A stretch of DNA of 64,000 nt from Chrysomallon squamiferum (taxonomy: Eukaryota; Animalia; Mollusca): NCBI GenBank assembly GCA_012295275.1, contig CM022665.1, forward strand, positions 31,992,001 to 32,056,000, in the 5' to 3' direction. The notes below the pieces were generated by a model, which ran no database searches, was not told the DNA's origin, and saw only the letters and a program-made list of their open reading frames with translations. Below are positions 54,601-64,000 of the stretch, one piece after another (the stretch's first letter is position 1; each line of letters begins with the position of its first letter). The position numbers and the translations under genes are program-made.

Positions 54601-56387
54601 GATAATAAATTACACTTCTGTTGAAAGAGCATGGTTACATTCTTTATTATGGAATTATACACTGCCTTATGACATTTTATTCTTCTTATTTAATTATATT
54701 TTCTGTTTTATGTTCAACAAGTCAGTTACACAACAGTTAAAACTTGTTGTGTATTTATTCTTTTCATAGTAACTGAATCACAGCATAATTAATTATGTCT
54801 GTTGTGACTCGGTGTTAAATGTTTGTATGTGTTTAAATAAACAAGTTCAAATTAGCTAATTGATTATTGTTTTAGTTTTGAAACATACCAATCACTGTAA
54901 CAAATAAGAAAGCTTTTCTTTTTTTAATAAGGATTGATAGTTCTTTATTTTCTTTTTCTGCATTGATAAAGTTGTTTTCTACCTCTCAGATAAATTCAGG
55001 ATATAATGATGTACATTACAGTATATGTTAAATACATTAACTTATACTGTTTTGTAGCACTGAACATGTAGATTAAGTGTTTAATTATATTTCTTGTTAG
55101 ATATTTTTAATCATCTGACAAATGTATGAAACAGCTTTTCATAATGCAAATGTTTCAGCATTGTAAATATAATTATTATGATTATATGTGTATAAAACTA
55201 AAAGAGATTTAATAAATTTATTCTGATAATACAGAGCCCTGAAAGCACCTAACTTTATAGCAAAATTATATACTATTCACATTAAATATATCACAAAAAT
55301 TACATACAAAAAACAAAAAAAATAAAAACAAAAACATAAACAATTTATATTTTTAAAACATTTTTTATATTAAAATATTCATTCATTTTCATTATATATT
55401 ATAATGTCTATATTCATATTCTACTAATTGCTTGGACTTAAAAATAACAATCAAAACTTAATCTTTACCATTTTTGTTTAGGAAATAGATTTATTTCTGT
55501 ATCATCTATCATTTTCAGTATTCAATTACATTACTTTTTAAATATTGCAGAATTCACTCAGATGAAGTTAACGATCTAAACTTAATCTCCATTGTTTTCA
55601 GAGGAACATACACTGTCGTATCGACAGTTATTTTCAACATATAATTATATCACTTTACAAATATTTCAGAATCCCTATAATATAAATGTATCACTAGAAT
55701 GTTCATTATAAGCACTTTGAAAACCAATAAAATGATCACTACAGCATCGCTACATCTCATTAACTAAGAAAATTGTTGTAACACCTATGATTATCTTGTC
55801 ACCTAACACGCTGAATGCTTCACTTTAATTGTTGTTTATGACACATGGTTGTCTAGACACAGAACAATGGAATCATTTTGATCACAGGATGTTTTTTCTC
55901 ACACTGCAAGGCCAATGAATATCACAGACTCATTACTGCCTTTAAGACCAGACTGTGATATCGGGATCTCCAGATTTGTGTTTTTATTTGTTTTGATCTC
56001 ATCCAATATTCCAGTATCTGTGGCAATAATACAGATAAAACGTATCTCACTGTGATCTCTCAATTATTTTTATTAAATAAAAATAAAATGGACATGACTC
56101 ATCAAATAATTTTTTCAAGTATAATTTTGGTGAATGTCTGAATTAGTTTTTATTTATTATGATTATTATCTATTTTTACCCATTTATTATTATTATTATT
56201 TATAATTTTTTTGTTTGTTTGATAATACAATATGAATTATTTACTGCAATGAATATGAATTATTTACTGCAATCATATTTGGGATTTTTTGTTTTTAAAT
56301 TTCTCGACTTCAATCTGTTTCATAATAAGATTACATATATATCAATTTTATTAATAACTATATCAGTATTCTATAATATTATACAGT

Positions 56388-56530
56388 TACTACTACTACT
56401 ACCATTACTTCTACTTCTAGTACCACTAACACTATTACAACTACTATTAGTACTAGTACTACAACACTACTGCCACATCAACAACTACTACTAATACTAC
56501 TAGCACTACTACTACTATTATTACTACTTC
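56388..56530. repeat. Degenerate (ACT)n tract
   Basis: Directly visible. Confidence 0.9.
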
Positions 56531-57256
56531 TATCATATCATCATCATGATACTTGAAATTATATTCCAATCATATCTCTTACAGGACTGCCAGACAAACC
56601 AATATTAATAACATTTTTATATCAGTGTTATTTCTGATAAAATTTCATTTCATTTCTAAGTCTGTTGCTGTGTGGCTTCTTTTCAGCTACTGTGATTTAC
56701 ATCAGAACTCAAAGATATCTCCACTTATAATCAGCAATTTACTTTACTGCTGATCTCTCTGTATCAGATTAGCTTCACACTTATTTAAACCAATTTTTTT
56801 ATTTATTTATAGTATAAAACTATCAACAATGAACATTTGCACATTTTAAATTTGACATGGATTGGTTTTGTAAAGAGTAAAGTACAGATATTGGTCCACT
56901 GATTCTTTGTTTTGTGAATAACAAACATATCCAAATTTTAAAATGGTTATAGTTTAATTGGTTCTAAAACAGTAAAAATAGTTACTATATATTAGTTCAT
57001 TAACTATTTTGTCCACCATGAATTCATCCATAATTTTTATTTTTTTAATTTTTACTATGAATCAGATTTACGGTTAAAAGTTTAAGATTAGCTATATTGT
57101 TTGTGTAGTATTAGGGTTATATTGTTTTTACTCTTAGACCTTTTCCAAGCTGAATATTTTGTATTTTAACTGCATAATCTTGACTATTTAGTTTTCAGGG
57201 AACATTTTCATTAATGGACAGTTTCCCTTATTACTTGTTTTTGTTATATCTAAATA

Positions 57257-57836
57257 CAGCAGAACCTCTCTTGTAGAGACACCTGATCGGCCAAGCAAAA
57301 GTGTCCCTACATTGCAGATGTCCCCTCATCACAGGGACAGAAATTACAAACAATTTTTTGGAACATATTTACAATCTTTATTCACATCTGCCACAACAGT
57401 AGCAATTGACATTGCTGTAGCAAGCATCATGGCTTTCTCTTAAAGCACAGTAAAGCTTTTACAAAACATAAACATGCATGGAATGATGTTGAATGTTTGA
57501 ATTATCAAAATTATGTACCAAATGTTTTGAACTGACATGGGTTTGCTGGGCAAACGTGTTGTGATTGCATTTAGAGGACTCTTGTGATTCTACAAAAACT
57601 ACACTTCCAGCATAGACTGTGCAGTGCAGGAAATGGTGGTGCCATCTTTAAAAATATCATATAAAGCTGCTGTACAACAATAACATTAGTATGTCTGTCT
57701 GCTTTAGCAGTGGAATAATATATGTGTCTGCTGATCTAAGGGACATATCTATTGAAAACCAGTCAGAACTCAGAAAAGTGTCCATACATCATAGGTGGCC
57801 CCTTATCTCGCAGGCTGCTAAAGACAGGTACCATTG
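57257..57836. mobile_element. Non-autonomous Tc1/mariner-pogo (Tigger-like) MITE, ~580 bp
   Basis: TA-flanked. Left end CAGCAGAACCTCTCTT, right end AAGACAGGTACCATTG (11/16 inverted match). Subterminal direct repeat AAAAGTGTCC(C/A)TACAT..G(A/G)TG(T/G)CCCCT.ATC near both ends; GC richer than flanks. Confidence 0.7.
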
Positions 57837-58396
57837 TATTGTCACTGGTTTCATGTAATCAAGAGGTCAAATAATTAATCTTGGGTATGTAGCAGACTAT
57901 TAAAAATGTAGATTTATAAACTTACAATCATTTCAATATTCTTTATTATCTTTATAGACAGTAACAAACACAAGTTAATTTAATCATAAATCTCACTGAG
58001 TAAACAAACCAATACAATAATAACAACATGGTGAACAAATGCAATGAAAGCTGAAGAAACCAATTTATTAAAATGTCATGTCTGACATTTGGGTAAAAGG
58101 ATTGATGTTACATTTTTAATGATTTGCATCTTGTTGACTCTATTGGAGTTTTTACAAAGAGATCAATTATCTGTCAGTTTGTTCTAGAACTATTCTCAGT
58201 ATTCTCACTTAATATTCTCTAAATGAAGAATACATCATGAGATGTTTAGTTTTTGTATCAGTATGAAGAAGTATTGTAAATTGTGTTCCCTTGACCACAA
58301 GTGATTCATCATTTATTTATGTCATGTGATAAAATTTATTATATATTCACTTTCATGTGCAAGGCAAATATATCCATTATCTGTATGAATGTTAAG

Positions 58397-58401
58397 TATG
58401 T

Positions 58402-58432
<31 letters not shown>

Positions 58433-58660
58433 CACGCATGAGTAAGTGTGGGTATGCATGTTTTTGAGTGTGTATGTGTATATATGTATGCATGTATGAA
58501 TGATGTGAAAGTGAATATACATGTTTCTGAATATGTGAATATATGTGTGTGTGTTTGTGAATGTGTATGTGTGTATATATGGGCAAGTCCTTGTATTATT
58601 GAATGTTTTTTGTGACTGTGTGAGAAGAGTGCAAATGTGTGTGTGTGTGTGTGTGTGTGT
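58397..58660. repeat. (GT)n-rich tract
   Basis: Directly visible. Confidence 0.9.
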
Positions 58661-61600
58661 TGCCTGCATATCTGGCATATGTTTTACTGTTGCTATGTTT
58701 ATCTTTCAAATTCTGGTTTCTTGATTTGTAAACTTTCTTCTATAATACTTGTTCTCATAATACCAGTTTTCCTCCAATCTGTCTATTCATCTTTGTATTC
58801 ATCAGCCTATCTGAATTAACCAAACTATTCACGCATAACACATTTTCAACAATGTCTCCAAGATCACTGGATTGTTCATTTTCACAATGTTTCTTTTATT
58901 TGCTAAACCATTTTCTCTCTATTTTCCATTTTAAAAAAAAGAAAAAAGAAATCTAACATTTTTCCATCTGTTTGTCCACCCATTTCTTCTTCCATACATC
59001 CATACGTCCATCCATTCATTCAACCATTAAATCATGTTGACAACACATTCAGCTGCAAGATGACAGTTCATAAATGAGATAGTAATAATAAAAAAAATTC
59101 ACACTTAACAGAATCTGTTGAATTTAAAAGTAATTCCAAAGAAATGACTTGTCCTCCATTACAATGCCTATGACTCACCCATCTTCAACAAGTCTGTGAC
59201 AAATCTTCATAAACTAATTTCCTCAAAGTAATGACATCAGATGATAATGGGGCAGAACAAATACTGGCACAAGTGAAGTCATGTTGTGGACAGAAATTTG
59301 GCCCTTAATGAAGCACAGGAGTTGATCATAAATTATGCACACACAGCCAACCATTAGCTAAGACTGGTGGTCACCTAAAGATGAGAGAACTCTCCCAAGG
59401 GAGGTAATCTAATACATCCTTTCAAGCCACAATTAAAGAACACTGTGTAAAGATTGAAGAATGAGACATCATAACAATTGTTGCTGATTGCAATTTTTTT
59501 TGTTTTAATTTTTTAGTTTCACACACATTTTTGTTTCTTTCTGCCTAAATATGGACTGTGCCATTTGGTCTTTGATAACCTAATCATCATGTATTTGTTT
59601 TTTTAAATACTATTTTAGGAAGTCTATTGTTACAGAATGTTTGCAAATAAACTTTAAATAAACATTTCATTTCACAAATCATATTAATGTAAATGTATAT
59701 CATCTTGTAGAAATCAAAGACATTCTGTAAAACACAAAACTATTTTTTCTTTATGTTACATGATTAGTTTCAAAAGACAGGCTTACAAATTTAAATTCAC
59801 ATCTACAAATATTTTATAACAGTTAATTTAACTGTACATACTTTACTGGTAACAGTATTTGATATTATCATAGTCACACAGACATAAACATTTACTCTTT
59901 CACACAAATACACATACACACATAATTTTATGTAGCTAAGTATGCCATTATGTGTTTTCCTTCAGTCCACTATCTCACAAGACTATTCCAGAACAGTGCT
60001 TAGGATTTTATAATTGTTATTTTTATATGATCAAATGAAGAAATGTATTAATTTACTTATAATACTAATTTAAAAAGATCTAGTTTTTAAAATGTTTTTT
60101 TTTTTTCAGTTACAAAATCCATGAAAAATTAATAGTTTTAAGATAATAGGATTTTTACTAAAATGAATAATGAACAAAATTACTGTCTTACAAAAGAGGG
60201 CTGCAATCTTTACTAAAATAAATACATTTTAAAATTTAAAAAAAACAAACAAAAAAACAACAAAAAACAACAACATATGTAACCCTAACTTTTAAGTGAA
60301 AAGAATATCTGAACATGTGGGCTACACAGGTAGTATGGGTTAGATGTAATTTCATCAAGTTTCCACCAGACAAATGTTCAAGTATGATTATCATGGACAT
60401 AAACCTGTACCTCCATCATGCAGGTATGTCCAAAACAGAAAAATATTTTAATATTCATTAATCAATAAATTTTATCTTGAAGACTTTACAAAATAATTTG
60501 AAAAGAAATTTAAAAAAAGAAAAATAATAAAATGCTCTATTTGTACCAGAACATGGATATATCAGAATGCAAAAACTGAAATCCATAATCTCAGCACAGA
60601 CACTAGATTTTACAGCAATAAATATTCATCAACAGATGTTATCTTCTTGTCAGACCACAGCCACAGAGGAAATCCCAGAACACCTACAAGTGTCACATCC
60701 AGAGACCCATGTCAACAGATGTAATTAGTTTGATTGTGTTCCAAACACCAAGAGACCAGCCTTTAAATTGTATTAGTTGTCCAAGCCAAGAGCTAATGAG
60801 GAACAATGCCAGTGGACAGATAACCCTATGAATCATGGCTGGACAGAATTTATTATTATTATTATTTTTTTTTTTTCAGAGATCAGTCATATAATATGAA
60901 TGTTAATAACGATTACATAAGCAATAGTCTTTTGACTGTATTTATTATGTTATGTATGGTAAATATTGTTCTGAAACACTAATGCTGTAGTAGCTTTTTT
61001 CAGTATTTAATCCTGAAAATAGTAACAAATAGTATTTCACTTTATGAAGCTACTCAGTCTACTCATAACATTTTCACTTCATTTTCCACAATACTAACAA
61101 TGAATGAATTGACGCTTAACGAGAAATTCATAGGATTTTACAAGTTACAAACTGTGAAAGAAATCCTGCAAAGATTCATCTTAGAAATAACTTTTAATAG
61201 TTAGCAACAAGTGATTTTTATATGTAGCTTTTCATAAATCAGATATACTGGTCAAAGAGAATTTGGAGAAGAAAACAGCCTGATAGACATGAAAGAAAAC
61301 TGATATTTGCCTTTTGTGTATTAAATCACACTTTACTGCTGACCTAATATACCCTATTATATTAATCTTTAATTTTCTTTTGATAGGCAGGTGCTGTTTT
61401 TTATTATTGTATATTAAATAATTTATTTCATTTAAATCAATCCATTTTTTTTTTCTTAAGAGTAAATGTCAGATATTAAATTTTGTTGAAAGCTAATCAG
61501 TTTTCTGATAATAAATACATATGTGTATGTGTCAGACACGTAAGATAAAAATAATAAATAACTTGGATTTTTTATTTTTTACTTAATAAATAAATATATG

Positions 61601-62149
61601 TATATGTATCCCTAAATGTAAGTATAAATTTTTCTAAAAAAATTAAATTCTCATTTATTTATCTGAAAACTTCAGTCTCAAGAGAGTAAAGTACAGTGAT
61701 ATAAAAACAAAAATCAAGTGAACAGATGAAAAAGAACACAAGTTCAAGAAACCAGCAGAACAAATCAAATAATGTTATAAAAACACATGTACGGAAACAA
61801 CAAAGGGAATACTGAAAGAAAGCCAAGATAAATAAATAAATAATTTATAATTTTTTTAAAAACATTGTAATGCTAATCAGAAATATCAATGTGTTCCATT
61901 CATTTAAAAGAAAACAGAAAATCTGTATGCACAAATACATTAACAACAATACATATTTACAAAAATAAAAAATAAAAATAATAATATAATAAAATTAAGT
62001 AATAAAATAAATTAAAATAAATATTTTTTACAAGTGTAACACAAATCATAAATTCAATAATTTCCAGAAACCAAATAGTTTTAAAACATTAATAGAAACC
62101 AGAAAAGAATACTTACTAGCAGCCAATTAATTAAATTATTTATTAGCAA

Positions 62150-62174
62150 TAAACAAAACAAACAAACAAACAAA

Positions 62175-62205
<31 letters not shown>

Positions 62206-62206
62206 A
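62150..62206. repeat. (AAAC)n(AAAT)n microsatellite
   Basis: Directly visible. Confidence 0.9.
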
Positions 62207-64000
62207 TGCAGGACGTAAGGGATGGAAAAAACAAAAATAAACTAAAAAAAAAAGAAAGAAAGAAAAAGATATAAAACAAGTGGAAAGGAAGAAGAAAAGA
62301 GTTAAAGGAGGAAGGAAGGAAGAAGTGACCGAATAAGTAAGGAATAAATCTTCAAAAAAATAAAGCATAAAATAACCCATAAATCCAGTGTTTACTGATA
62401 TAAGCCAGAAAACGAGTATATGTGCACAGACATGAACAGAATATAAATATCAGTTTCATTCATTATGGGAAACCTAGGACAGCCACGTGTGTTTTTCTCA
62501 CACTGTGATGAAATAATGATCCACTTCATAATTAGAATTTTCACTTCAAAAGATCTTTTAGAAGTGACTGTTAAAAGTGAAAGTTATATCAATAGATGAG
62601 TCATCAGTGTTTCTATATGTTGTTTTGCCAATAATGTCTGAACTTGTTAAATCAGAGGTGAATTATTTTATAAACATATGGTACTTTTCTAAATCAATAT
62701 AAAAAATTAAAAGTTAAAAATAAAAAATCTAAAATATTTTTAAAATGTGCAGAAAAAAATCTATATATTTTTTTAAAAAGGAAGTAACTTATCTTTCTCT
62801 CTCTTATCTCTTCAGTAGTTAAAGATCTTCAAGACTCACATTTTTGAATTTTATTCTTTCAGGTGTTAAATCTGCATTCATTCTAATAAAATATGTGAAA
62901 TGTTTTAAATAAAAATTAATCATGAAAACATTTTCTTTAGTCATTTTGTATTATCCAGTAGATCCGTTTTTTTAGTTTGCAGTTTATAGCTTCACAAAGT
63001 AATGTAGAAAATACATCAAGCATTTAAAGAAAAAGGAAAAGATAACTGATGATAGAGGTATTGTTCTTTATCAACTGAAGAAGTAATTGCCACTATAATA
63101 CGATGTGCACAAGGTGTCTATGAAGACTGAGTCACTGGTTATTTAAAAAAACAAAACAATTCCCTTTCATTATTATGAAATGAAAACTAAAATGAAATAG
63201 TATAAATAAATAAATAAATAAAAACGTTCTGACTTTACACTAACAAGTTTTTCTGTTGAATCAGTTTATTTGTTTTGTCAGAGTTTTATGATGTGTGTTA
63301 ACGGTAAAACCTTTGGCTCTGTTATATTTCTGTAATGACCAGTGTAAAAACAATTCTCCACTTCAGTAACTTGTTGATTCACCCATTATAATTTTATTTA
63401 TCTTATAGGCATGAGGAATGAGACAGATAGGATTGCTTATAACAGTTTCATAAGTACTGAAAAAAAAAAAACTTGTCATTTATTTATACGGGTGTAATTT
63501 ATCTTTACTAAATCCATTGAGCTTAAGGCATTCTATTGAATATATATAGAATATTGCATATGAATAATTTTTGACATAATTAAATTATTATTTATTAACC
63601 TGTGAAAAATAAAAATAACAGGACTATGTATATACTCTCATACAAACTGGTTCAAAAACAAACTTAAATAATAATTTGTTAAATCTAAGCAACATTTCCA
63701 ATATTCCAAAAATATGACAGATAAATTGTAATGCTAGCACACACACACACACACACATCTATATCTTTATGTACATATTTTCTTAATTAAACACATATGT
63801 ATTAAATGTATATATTTAATAATTTTATGTTTTGTTCCTAACGGTTTAGAGAACTGATTAATTTATTGTTTAACAGTTTAGATTGTTCTCCTAAGATTTC
63901 TTTATTTCAACATCATAGCATGTCAGTATCAAATAAATAAAGTTCTATGTCTTTGAAAAGACTTAAAATTTTGTAAATATATCACATACATAATATTGTG

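Noticed and set aside
2950-63140. About a dozen TGA(C/G)TCA AP-1 sites
   Set aside because: Close to expectation once the TG/CA excess from CpG decay is considered.
63590-63630. Minus-strand acceptor TTTTTCACAG|GTTAAT
   Set aside because: The regenerated donor is poor and there is no convincing exon or downstream donor.

Overview
Eukaryotic, very AT-rich (~70%) and extremely CpG-depleted DNA with many microsatellites, degenerate minisatellites and decayed tRNA-derived SINEs. The SINE family suggests an invertebrate, probably a gastropod mollusc (inference). No intact long CDS is present, and most ORF-track calls are simple-repeat or chance ORFs. The window reads best as the 5' intronic territory of a very large minus-strand gene that I cannot name. 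It has two short candidate alternative first coding exons, both ending in phase-0 donors (MVLDYIITVWDTAEPKTYNSK at 37570-37508; MDEILKNAL at 16221-16195). It also has a textbook recursive-splice (ratchet) site at 43444/43443: branch point, pyrimidine tract, CAG|GTAAGT, then a 67-nt exon with stops in all three frames ending at a second strong donor. Nested in the intron are decayed, unidentified protein-coding relics, several with very short introns: a 4-exon plus-strand pseudogene at ~29.2-31.0 kb tail-to-tail with a Cys-rich minus-strand one at ~31.2-32.2 kb, and weaker ones at ~1.6-2.9 and ~13.6-14.3 kb. These may be remnants of an endogenous DNA virus or large DNA transposon. Also present: a pogo/Tc1-type MITE, a probable Gypsy/Ginger integrase relic, and a recent complex duplication with templated filler.
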